DNA of 64,000 nucleotides, taken from positions 16,437,903 to 16,501,902 of the forward strand of contig CM082577.2 of the NCBI GenBank assembly GCA_040954595.2, written 5' to 3'. The stretch comes from Balanoglossus misakiensis. Taxonomy: Eukaryota > Animalia > Hemichordata. The notes under the pieces are model-generated. The model was not told the DNA's origin and searched no databases. It saw only the letters and a program-made list of their open reading frames with translations. The translations under genes and the position numbers were made by a program. Each line of letters starts with the position of its first letter. Positions within the stretch are counted from its first letter, which is position 1. This document shows positions 28,772 to 41,400 of this stretch, piece after piece.

Positions 28772-29693
28772 CATACATACATACATACATACATACATAC
28801 ATACATACATACATACATACATACAATTGCACGTACCTGTATGAAGTCCGTTTTAGTCATTTTAATGGACATTAATTGGACGGATAAATGTTCCATTGTG
28901 AGTTCTATTTGACTAAATCGTGAGGAATTTGACCTTGAAAATATGCATCTGAACATTTGGTTTCACATTTTAGACGGGTGCATTTGTTCAAACTGCCTTG
29001 ATGTCACGGGATCCAGAGTTATTTGAACAGGCTGACAAGTTTATGCCTGAGAGGTGGCTGAGATCAGAGCGCCCTATGCCTCGAATCAACCAATTTGCAG
29101 CCCAGCCCTTCTCAACAGGACCACGGAATTGCATTGGTAGAAGACTGGCCGAACTTGAAATGCAATTATGCTTAGCAAAGGTGAGAAAATCGGTTACACT
29201 CCAGACCAAATGCGTCACGCATCTTCGATATAGCAAATGAAACGTACAATAATTCATATACTTACAAATTCACGGTCAACTGCCATGTTATAGCAGCACT
29301 GTATATTTCCATTGTAATGGCGCGAAATGAATTTTGGTTCTATACTTACAATGTAGGCAATGTGTTTACCTAACATAATGTGAAGAAACAGAATATGTAT
29401 CCCTGATTTATGGAACAGAAAACAAAAATATTCGGTTTTAAATCTGTCCATTGTCCATTCCTTGTCTGGATGAAAATGCTTTTTTGGCCGACCTAAGGAT
29501 AAAACTTTAGTTATCAGACTAAGCAATATTTAACGCATATACATGTAGCTACAACTAGTGTTGTTTTTACCTCCTGTAGATTGTACAGAATTTTGAGCTG
29601 GAATCAAATAACGACGAGCCGCTCAAAATCATTGTGAAGCTACTTCAGATTGGTGACAAGCCGTTGAGGTTAAAGTTCACTGAGCGTGGCTGA
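24661..29693 (+). CDS. Mitochondrial-clan cytochrome P450 (CYP27/CYP24-like), about 514 aa. Exons 24661-25064, 25632-25825, 26704-26907, 27437-27612, 27999-28165, 28455-28533, 28974-29180, 29580-29693
   Basis: Arg-rich N-terminal targeting peptide, KPFEDIPRP, EGKYPRR, EGEDWQRHRSVLN (WxxxR), I-helix ASVDTT, K-helix ESMR, PERW and heme motif FSTGPRNCIG. All splice phases are consistent. Confidence 0.95.
26120..26294. mobile_element. Tc1/mariner-type MITE in P450 intron 2
   Basis: TACAGTCAAACCTGT ... ACAGGTTTGACGGTA. Confidence 0.7.
26987..27397 (-). mobile_element. Non-autonomous hairpin-ended element, same family as 43543-43990 and 45470-45921
   Basis: Terminal palindrome TTATTACGAAAATACC..GGTATTTTCGTAATAA plus a body homologous in reverse to the other copies. 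Confidence 0.8.
27613..27880. repeat. Compound microsatellite (GTAT)n(GT)n(GCGT)n..(ACGC)n
   Basis: Directly visible; starts at the P450 exon 4 donor. Confidence 0.97.
28690..28825. repeat. (CATT)n/(CATA)n microsatellite
   Basis: Directly visible. Confidence 0.95.
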
Positions 29694-32488
29694 ACTCGAC
29701 AGAATTTGACAATAAAGACATTGTGATAAAACGTGCCTCTATTCTATATTGCTTTAAGAGGATCAGGAGGATAAGGCCACCTTTAATGATAATTGTGGAT
29801 GCAATATACGTGTACATATTCCAATAACCTAGCTACGATGTAATCGTTTTTGTATGTATTAGTCTCCTTGACATGTCCGTTTCAGCTGACACACAGTCAC
29901 GTTATCAGTCATTCTAACGTCACCCCTCATTACTTCACTCTTATTATTTCTAGATGTTGAGGGAGAGTGAGTGAGTGAGTGCGTGTGTGAGTGAGTGAGT
30001 TGGTGTTGATGTTGTTGTTTGTTTATTCCTCTTCAAAGAGACAAGAGTGACAACACAAATGAATAAACATAAATACATAGATAACCAACAAAATGACAAT
30101 AGACTCATTTTGCGTTCTTGTATTACATATTCGCTAAAATGGAACTTATTTGTAAGGTCAGTCAATCACTGACAAAGTATTTAATTTTGCCGTGTAAAGC
30201 GTAGGCATCCAGACACGCTTGTATGAAGCTAAGGGTCAATTCTTGAAATGTTTCTTAATCGTACAGTTGTTGGAAATGATGCTGGTTATTGGAGAAAAGA
30301 AGAACCACTCCCTTCGCTCTTAATTTGAATTTGAATACTTTATTTTGCATGTCAATACTTTATTTGAATATTTGAAAGATAATAGTTTGTTGTCTCACTG
30401 TAGTTAAAGTTTTGGCCCAAGAATTGTAAATAGTTTTTGTCTGAATGGGTCTATTGGTTCGTTTTCGTATTAGTTCGTATTATTCGTATTCGTCGTCGTA
30501 TCCGTGGCCGAATAAACCGTCGATTAGAGAAGACCACGTCAACCTTGTACTTCTTCGCAACAGTTATCTTGAAGAACATGCCTGATAAATTATGTGTCAT
30601 CTAAACTAAATAAGGTAACAGCAAAGTTTACAGTGATTTTATCAAATACTTTTGCCCCGAAAGTATCTCTTTGTTCGAAGGTATTGCTACAACAAGTTAA
30701 CAAATGCGTCAGGAAAGATTCAACAACATATTGACATTTTGTACACTCAATTTATTCTGATAAACGATGCCACGATTAGCACAGGGGCGTCTGACTGGTT
30801 CTTACAGGTGACAATAGGGAACGCAGGCTGCAGACCTTTTGATTTTATACTGTTAAAGATGTTTTCATTATTTTAGATGTCTTTTCAAATATGTATCATT
30901 GAACGTTACTGAATGCGTTTTGTCGCAATATGGCAAATAGTTATGCTTATACATTGTTCTTTATTCACATAGGTTGAAGAATAATCTTACATTGAGTCTA
31001 GCGATGAGTACAACTTTAGAAAGAATAGGGGACTGTTACAAGATACGCAATACGTATGTTTGCATAATGTCTATAAAATAGCTATTTCTAAATGGGGTTG
31101 GTTAGTACAAAGCTTTTTAAAAAGTTTGCATACTATACACAGTGGCAGACGATCGATTTTTGGAATGGGGGAATAAACTATGCCGTATTTTGGTATATTT
31201 TGCAGATACTTTCTTACCGTATGTACTGTGTTGAACTCATAAGCATGTTTGTTCACCAACATTTCCCACAGGAGAAGTAAATCATCTGAAGAATGCAAAT
31301 GTGGAATGGAGATGACGTGGGAGGCTGTAGAATATTACAAAATGAATTTTTAGAATTACAAAGTTTGAGAATAAGAAATGTGACCATAAATAAATTAAAA
31401 CCAATCTCTCAATATCTACCTCATAGCCCCTTACCGGTTGTTCAACCTCTCGGAATCCGCATAGTAGTATTAATATTGGCATGGACAATGTACTGAAGGG
31501 AAGTAATGATTGAATATATCTCACGTGTTTTCCGTTTTTGTGTCCAACAGACGTTCTATACGATCCCCACTGGTTATGATACGAACACTTTGACGATTAA
31601 TACCACCTTTGTTTAATCTATCGATTTACCGGAAGCAACACGTTTAATATTCATTAATTCCATTTTATCTTGCGACGTTCATAAATTAATTAGAATTTCA
31701 CGCATTTCTAAGCATGTGTATAATTAATACAAGATGGAAAACACCTTATACGAGATCATAGCGACATGCAACGCTCGAATCACGAAATTATGGGTCAGTC
31801 ATGACACGCAAATCAGGGTCCATGTTGTTAAACATTTTGAATTCGCCGGCGAGAGCAACAAAACGCGATAATAAATAGTCGGAAAAGAAGAATTTGTACA
31901 ATAGACTGTTATTCGGAAATAAAGAGAACGCGAAAATTAATCGTCGCGGAAAAGTCGCCTCAGTTGACATCGCGAAAATTTCCAGTTTTACAGTATATAT
32001 CGATGTCAAATAACAGACGCAACATTGCAACACGCACGTCACCTAACACGGCAATTTCAGCTAGCCAATGCCCCTACATTATGAAGAATGTGTGACAGTA
32101 TGTTTAACATGGCAATACACAACTAACACTTGTCTAGCACTCTGTGTTGATATAATTTCGTGAGTTACTTACTGTTTTGTAACTTAGTTGCTGTAAACTT
32201 TTCGCTTAGTCCTTCGGCAGGTGAAGTGTGTGCATGGACAAAGACTTTCTCCTTGTTATCTCGGGCTAAGTATTGGTGCTGTGGCAATTGACGCAACAAC
32301 GTTCCGGTTGGTTGGTGCAAACAACCCTAGGCGGTGGCTGCTAACGCATAAATGAAAGTACACGTCACAGCGTCTCCATTTAGCACCTGATCTCTCCTTT
32401 CAGTGGTTACAATTCTTTGCAAAACACACATAAATTGTCAAGATGTTCATTTATAAAATGATCGCAGATTAGCCGCAAACTCGCAACC

Positions 32489-35400
32489 ATGGCTTGTCTG
32501 AGAAGCTGTAAAATATTACACGAATGTCGTGAAATACCTTTGAAGTTAACACTCGTCGCTACATTCGTGATGTTGTCTATGACATTACTGCAACAAGCAG
32601 GTAAGACGCTAATTTTGGGTTTTGCATCTTCAGGAGTTTCTGATTCGTATCAGCTTGTTATTGGTTAATGAATGATAGTCATATGAACCATGATTTGATT
32701 ATCCAGATTGCAACTACGTTTCCGGGCGGAAGAATCACTCTACAGCTTACACGTTTTGTGAGCGATTGGGTCTTCGCCTTGTTAAAGATGACAGCGAAAG
32801 AAAACACACAGCTATAGTGAACACTTTAACAGAACGAGGTGTTTCCTGGAATTTATTCTGGATAGATGGTCGTTTAATTGACAACGGAAGTGTAGTCACA
32901 AGAGACGGGGAAATTTTGACCTACAAGCCATCGGTTGAAAAGAATGATGGGGAGTGCCTCTCATTGAAGTGAGTTGACGGTTTTGAAAATATATTAAAAT
33001 ATGAAAAATAACGTTTTTTTGTCATAATATAGCTTAACATAAAGCAATCACATGAAATCATGTGCAGAGACATGCAATATTCATAATATATCAGTAAGGA
33101 CAGAACCGATTTACATTTTCATGATATCCATGCAAATGTTACAATGGGCAGTTGCGCACCGATACCTCGCCCGATTTTAGGGGAAATTTCAATCTGCAAC
33201 ATTGTCTCTTCGTTTACCTTGAAAACCAAACATTTTCTGCAAAATGTGGTACAACAATTTACCTCATTTGTCTATAAGACCAAGTTGACCTAACCTCAAT
33301 TGTCTCCGAGTCTTATTCAAATTTAAAGAGGAAATGTAGAAAACGTTCTTGTGTAGTTTGACAGACGTACGGGTTGACTGGCGTTAATCGGGTGAAACCT
33401 TAATGTACTTACATTACATTTTAATTCACAGAGATGGACACTGGGTATATTTCCAGTGTTTGACAACCCTTCACGTTTTATGTGAAAATGCAAGTAGGTT
33501 ATAGTTTAATGAAGATTTTTGCAACTTTGTTCATGGTGATCTTGGCGAATGATCTAATCTATTCTGTTATTTTTTTCCAAATTGATGGAAATGTTGTTCT
33601 TTTTCTTTTGCCCTTAACTCACGTAATGCAGTATCACGGGAGTAATGTCGTCGCCTTTTCTGTGTGTGTGAGTGTGTGTGTTTGTCTGTCTGTCTGTTAG
33701 CACGATATCTCAAAACGGCTGATCAGATTTTGATTTTGAGTTATGGTTTATTTTCGGAATACATGTACTTATATTATTATCGGTGTGGGTGTTTGTCGTC
33801 GTTTTCCTGGAATACGGACAACCAACAAACGGTTTATTAATTGCGCCAAATCAACATAGACTTTATTTTTCGTTTTCGAATTTAACGGGAAAGAAATGGT
33901 GTTGTTTTCTATTCTGCAGCATCTTTCGACTTAACTACAACGCTGAATGGTATGGTGGCTACATACCAGATATGTGAGAAGTTTGGGATGCGTCTTCTAA
34001 CTGACACCACTGAATGGAAAATTGACCAGTACTGTGCGTCTCTTCTGTGCTATGAATTGAGTAGAAGTGCATGGATTGACGCTACCATTACGGCAGATGG
34101 CACTGTGAAGACGGGCAACGGTTTGGTATTGGAACATACGCACTTTGCTGCCGACCAGCACCTCAACGCCGGATCGTGTATTAGAGTCGAGTGAGTCAAT
34201 GTCTGTTCACGTTATTTTCTACAATGCCATACAGTAGATATGGTTTGTCATTGCTTTCGTGACGTTAAAAGTTCTAGAGTTGGAACGTCAGAGATTACAT
34301 TGGAGAAATGATGGCAATTGAATGATTTGAATATTTGTGTATTGTTACGTTTTCTTATCCCAAAGGTTACACCCTGTTGCTTAGAAATCACTACCTTTGC
34401 ACTATTTCTTGTATTTTGTCAAGTTTTAGTAGTAGTTTTGGTAACTTACTTTATCTGCTATACCGTCTGATTGCAAAGCACAATTTGAGCATGATACTTA
34501 ATAGCTAACGCTGATTGCAATATCATTCCAACATGGGCCTTTCATCATAATATACAGTGTATGACATTTATCGGAACCATGCCCATACCAAAATTGAGTT
34601 TTAATACTCAAACGATTGTGGAAAACATACATGCAGGGTATGCTGCACGGTTAGTGATTTTATTCAATAATGCAAACTTTGCAGGTCAGTCATAAGGCCA
34701 TTCTATAGAGATCATTCTACACATCGTATAGTGATCATCATAGATACCGTATGATGATCATTGGAGACACTGTAGAGTAATCTTTGTAGACATTGTAAAC
34801 TTCAATAAGAGTTGAATAGCGAATCTTTATACAGGTGTCGCTCAGGTAAATGTGAATGGTTAACTGAAGATTGTAATAAACAACTGAATTTTGTTTGCGA
34901 GGATAATGGTAAGTATTTTAAGACATCAGCGATAAATCTCGTTCATAAATCTCCCCTTCCTGCATATTTGACCACCTGTGTAGTTCTGTGGAGTGTATAC
35001 AATCAACATATACCATTATGCATGGAGCGTAGACAAATGCATACGCATGGTAAATACATTTATCCGCGTGGAAGGGTGTCACATTGGAAATGTCCAAATG
35101 TATAATGGGTCATTAATTGTTGCTTTCGGTAAATGGATAATTGAAACAAAACTTGTATTATGCACATGTATAACATTTGATGGGCCCAATTAATTGAAAT
35201 TCGGCGTATTGTCTAGCAAATATACATTTCCCATGAATGCACATATGGTTTCCATGTATGTTAAACGCTTTGCCTATAATACCTTGTCTACACCAATGGG
35301 CAATACTAAAGTGCTTAAACCCCGGTGCGGGGTATAAAAGACCCCCCAAATCAGTGGCGAATCTTAATGCCGTTTGACTGACAACAGACAACACCAACGA

Positions 35401-38400
35401 TCTTGGCTCTTCGAAAATCGGCCCAAACAGGTCCAAGCATAAAGAATTACACCACACAACACAGTAGTTGGTTTTATAAACACACACAACATAAAGTTAT
35501 CGACGAAAAAGTACACGAGTTTTTGAAACAACGATGATTTTGGCAGAAATCTGGTTTAAGTGCTTTTCAGAAGCGTCCCTGGGAAACAATAACCACGCCA
35601 TTCAAACAGCTGTCGATCGCGTAGAGGTGTAAAGTGTTCAATTATAGAGATCAATTACACAGTCATTATGCACGACGACCACTCCCAAATAAACAACTAT
35701 ACAAACACACGTTTATCCGAACCCCGGTACTTTCCGCACCGGGGTTTAACCGAGCTGAAGGGGCACCAGAGTACATCTTGATATTGTCACATTTTATTAC
35801 TCTCAAACTTCGCATGTTCGAGAGTAAGTAAACACATAATGATTAATGCATGGATTTACTATCACATATGACTACCATAAGCAAAGAAATGATTAAACAT
35901 GTTGCTCCAGGAAATGGATGAATTGAAACAAAGGTTGTTTACAAAGGGGTTTACGTCACAACCTGGGGAGATTTTGTTGAAATACATTTGTTTGATTTGA
36001 TAGAAATTTGGCATATACTGGAAACATGTCTTCTGGATGAACGGTTATGTATACAGTATTATTTTAAGTCATGAGTGCTGCCTTCGCAATTTTAGAAATA
36101 TAGTTTATAATACTTTGCCACCTCTCATGTCATCTGCATTTTACATTTGCAATATCCAGACGATGACTTACTTCTGCTGCGGGAGAGATTGGTCAAGATA
36201 AGTGACGATAAATTCAGAACAGCTGATGTGGTAAGAAAGGTTCCAATCATTTGAGATTGGTGTAATACACTGTATTGTATAAAGCCACAAGTTAGCGAAA
36301 TAAACTTTAACCTACATTAAAGGTCTTTATGGGGTATGAATAGTTTGTGACAACTAAAGCTACATACTAAATAATTCCACATGAAGCTATAAAGCGAAAT
36401 AATATATAATTGTCTATATTATTTTGCCAGGGTATAAGTGTGATTGACAAGGTGGACATTTTAACCTCTGACCTTTCTAATAATACGATCATATGTGAAG
36501 GAAGAATTCTATTAGCGAAAGGTATTGTGAATAATCTGTAACATCCGTGTCCTTGTCGACACATCGTCCACATTACATACTTTCAAATGATGTAAATACT
36601 ACACAGAAAAATATGGGCCTTCAATTATTAAGCGTATCGAAAATGCGTCAACTACAGTTCGTTTGTTTCCACAAATCATGCAAATTATTGGTGACCGTCA
36701 AATATGTTACATGTGCTTTGAGGAAGAAATGTAGTATTGGACATGTCTAGCGGTTGAATGATGCACTGAAATAGAACAAGAATTGTGTGACTCCATTATC
36801 TCTTCATCATTTTCTCTTCATCACTTTCTGAAATGGATACAACAAATGAAATACACTCAATATCCACCTCGCCTTGGTGAAATAGCCTAAACAGACAGAT
36901 GGAGTGAGAGTGGTTTAAATGGCAATGTTTACTTATTTCAGAAACACTGAATGTCATGCAAAAAGTGATAGACAGAAAGCAGTCCCTAATTGACGCCAAT
37001 CCGAACCAGAAGCTGAATCCCGGGCAGGCAATTCACCTGACAACGAAAACAACGAAAGTATTCCACCAATTATCAATGTTTGTACTGAACGAGACTAATT
37101 GTCGAGATAGACCAATCGTCGCAAAAACTTCTTCTCTTGTGCTGTATCTGGAAAAGAACTTAGTGCAGGACTTGTGCAACGTCACCATAATGATTGGAGA
37201 TGGAAGTGGATTCAGTATTCCACCAGCAGACATTATGTTTCCACAATTGTCGCAGCACACAGTCTTGAAAAGGATGGTACGTATACAAGTTCGATAATAA
37301 GAAGTAAAATATAACTTTTTATACCAAACATTGCTCTATTGCTGTATAAGGATATATGTATAACTATTTGCCGCCAGTAAACATTAATGTGATGTCCAGG
37401 TCAGCTCACAAGTCATTATGAAATATAGGCTGATATTTGAATTGTGTCAATGCACCCGTTGTTATTTGTTACAATTTAGGACCATAAACATTTCTTATGA
37501 CGCTATTTCGTTTAATGTATAATTATGCTGCTGTCATAATGCGTTCTGGTGCTCGAGGAATAATTAAATTCCCTTTTTAACATTTAGATTTTCCGTTTTG
37601 GTGGGAACCCCCACGGATTGGCAAATAGGACACATGGCTTCACTACCGATATACTGTCCCTGGAATTCAGAGATGAAGATGGTAATGAGATTAAAGGTCT
37701 GTTTTCATTAAAGTCGTCAGTGGTATCCTAACATTCGCATGACACTCACAAAATACTTAAAACAACGTCAGTTTCTGAATCCTTTGACGTGTTTAAGGGT
37801 TATAGATTGGGCATAGAGCATCTCCTGTATCACCACAGTCATAAAGAAAAAATCAATTACTACGAAGAAATTTTACCAGTTAACGTCGCACCATTTAAAC
37901 TGGAAATGGTGATTTCCTTCTTTTAAACAACTTTATCTACAAACCCAGCGACATACTTGTACAAACATACTCGCTCACATTTTCATCTTGAAGGGCAGAA
38001 CTCGAGTAATGACCAATTTGTGAATTTAGTTTTTACATCCGTTTAAATTATCCCGAACATTGTCACTTTCAGTGAAAAATGCATCAGAGGATCTCGGTGT
38101 ATGGCTTGGTAATTATCAGACACCTACAAATGAAAGCATCGTCAGGGGATTATACGTGGAAAGGGAAGGAGTCACTCACTATGCATTGACAGTCACGGTA
38201 ATCTTCACATATGAAGTTCACTGATCATTGCATTATTTTTCTGATCTAGTCTTTAACATAACCATTTGATCATCTATGGTAATGGAATGATAAATAATTT
38301 GCGTCACTGTTACTTAGGTATCACTTCCGCCTGAAAATGTCGTAAATCTTTGTAAACCTTTCAACGGGGTAATACTCAAATATGTTTGACATGTCTTTCG

Positions 38401-41400
38401 CAGAAATGGATATGCAATTTGCGCCTACCAGCGTTCGGCTTTAATATCAATATCCCCGTCATTATTCACAGTGGACATGGTCATAAATTTTGATTTATCA
38501 ATAGTTGTTTAACCTTTAAGTTAAGACACTCTGAAAAGGGTATATAAGAAATTGGTGCGATTTCAAACACAGTATTATCTTTTACCTCACAATTTTCATT
38601 ATGTGAAGTTTATCTTGCACCAATTTCTCATTATTTACGTTGCAGGCGCTATCGGCCTACTCTGCATTTCAAATCATCGTGGAAGCATCAGTGCCTGTCT
38701 TCGAGACTACTACAGCATACGTGTCACTGGAAAGACTTGACGCCGTCGATGGCTACAGTGGTTTCCATTATGTAACTGAGTTGGTATTTGCAGGGTGTAC
38801 AGCATCCATATTTCTGCCAGAAGCAAAGATCACCAGGAATGGCTTGTATTACATAGTCTTTGACCTTACCATTGGTTAGTTGTTTTTGTTTTTTTGTTTG
38901 TTTTTTTTTTGGGGGGGGGTACTGTTTATGTTACTGTCAAATTCAAAAGTCAACGTGTATATATATTAAGTATAATGCCACGATATTGGGATTTCATTAA
39001 AGCACAAAGAGTTGCCACTTTTCGCATTTTTCCGTGTTTTTACCTCGCGTGATGATAGCGAGGTAATGTTATCGCCTCTTCTGATGTGAGTGTATCTGTC
39101 TGTCTGTTTGTTTGTCTGGTTGTCAATCCGATATTTCAAAATACGCTTATCTGAATAAGATCAAGCTTATTTTTTTCTCTTCAGCCCATGGGGTTGACAT
39201 CAAGGTTCTCACTACTCAACACAGATGTAGCTACCTTGTTGAGAATAATTGGCAAAATGATGATTGTAAGGTATACACATTTTTCTTTTAATTTTGCAAT
39301 AATTGATATGCTCCTTGTATTTTCAAGCGATGAAACTGAAGACGAGTGACAATTAGCGTGATTTTAGGGGATACTATGGATAAATACACCACAAAAACTT
39401 AAAATGCAGAAGGTACTGAGCGTTACGATTAATGCTAACACGTGGAAAATACTGTAAGCGTAATTAGCACTGAAGTGAGGACGCTTTTTATATATAATCC
39501 CATGATATTTTTCTTTGTTTGACGTCATCGTACACGAGTGGTTTTCGCAGAGCCGTGCAACTTCGAGCCGCAGACGAGAAGTTGTACGACTCCGCGAAAA
39601 CAACGAGTATACGATGACGTTAAACGAAGAAAAATATCATGGGATTATATATTTATCACATGAACAGTCTTCTTATTTTTCGTTAGAAGAGGTTGGATAA
39701 AATATTCCAATATCTTGCTAAAATATTCGAGCGGCCTTGCAGTTTATTTAGCGGGATTACGTTCTTTCCCCTGCGCAACGATCTGTTGCCCCCACGAGAT
39801 ATGCTAATTATGGAATCCCTTTCATTCATAAAGTGAAATCGACTTTCAAGTTTATACACTTTTGCGTATTGTCTACCAATCAGATCCGCGGAGTCAGTCA
39901 CATGGGCCAGAATATTGATACATTATGCCTGTCAATGATCGTCTCGCGCTGTGTACATGTCAACACAACGTCCTAGCAAGTCATCGCGCCGAGTTTGCCC
40001 GAAAACTTATGCCGCAAGTCGCAGTTTGACAGAAAAAAAATGACGCGCTTCGTGTAGAACTTTATGAAAAAATAAACAGTTCCATTGCCATTTATCCTAA
40101 AACCGTTATTGTGACAGGATATTAAAATATTAGTCCAGGAACGATGTTCAAGGTTGCGTTTGCGTCGGCCTGGCTAGTCAACGCAGTTGTGTTTCCGCAG
40201 AAACTACAACCCTCGTAAAGAATCTCATCCTCGAACCCAACAAAAATGTTTTCGATTCTCAAACAAATGAACTGCGACGTTTTTCCACGTCTTATACATT
40301 TCGTTGACCGGTGGACAGAATACAGAGTGTTAGTCGTCCCGCTCAGGTGGCTCGAAACCACTTTCGTAACTTCCGTAAGCCTAAAATCAAGTGTGCTGGC
40401 TCGCTCGGGACCAGGCTCGCTAGCTGCAAGCACACATTCACGATCGTAGCGTCGACGTTTCAAATTCTACCTTTCTCGTATTGATTTTACCAAGCGATAT
40501 TCTTACGCAACCGTCATGGAACCGTCATTTTTATTTCAATCGTGTACAACTACGGGTACATCCACTTGTTATTCCGTTTTACAAGAAAGTTATAGCGACG
40601 GGCGAATCAGCGAAAATAGTTCCGGTTGATGACGTAGAACAGGGGTAAATTCGGATTTTTTGTTCGACCTGTTCTACGTCACACAGGTGGCTATTCGGGC
40701 CAGTTCATGTGATAAACAATTTCATCTCATGAACTGGCCCGTATAGCCACCAGTGTGACGTAGAACAGGTCGAATAAAAAAATCGAATTTACCCCTGTTC
40801 TACGTCATCAGCCGGAACTATTTACAGGGATAAGTAGGTCGCGCGCTCTACCCCATTCATGTAAATGCAAATATTTCTACTTTACTTCCCTAAACAATAA
40901 TAAAGCGATACAGGCAAAGATGCATTTACGTTTAAGACTACGGCCTGAAAATTTGACGGATTTCAAGCGATCCCAAGTGAATTAAAGTTTCCAAAATAAC
41001 GAGCAGACGGTAACCGAAAAATAGCGAGAACATGACGACAGATTTTCTGACGAATTTGCCTTTCTCAGTGTTTTGCCAGTCTGGAGTACGGATAGTCTCA
41101 TCGCTGCTCGAAAATCACGGTGAATATGGCCGGAGTACAGTCAGAAGAGTTCGACGACGATATTCTAGAGCTTTTCCGTCTCGCGGCGGAATTGGGAGCC
41201 ATCGGAGCGGAAGATTTCTCTGATATAGATGAAAATTCGCGGCCCCTTTCTTCCAACGCTTGACAAGTACATCCTCCACCGACACCTGCACAATCGCGCT
41301 ACGTCGAATTCTCCGCGAGCGACAATGCAGGAGTTGATCACCCAACAGAAGAAGAAAAATATCGTGCAGTCCACAAATTGTGGTGTAAACCAGCTAACTA

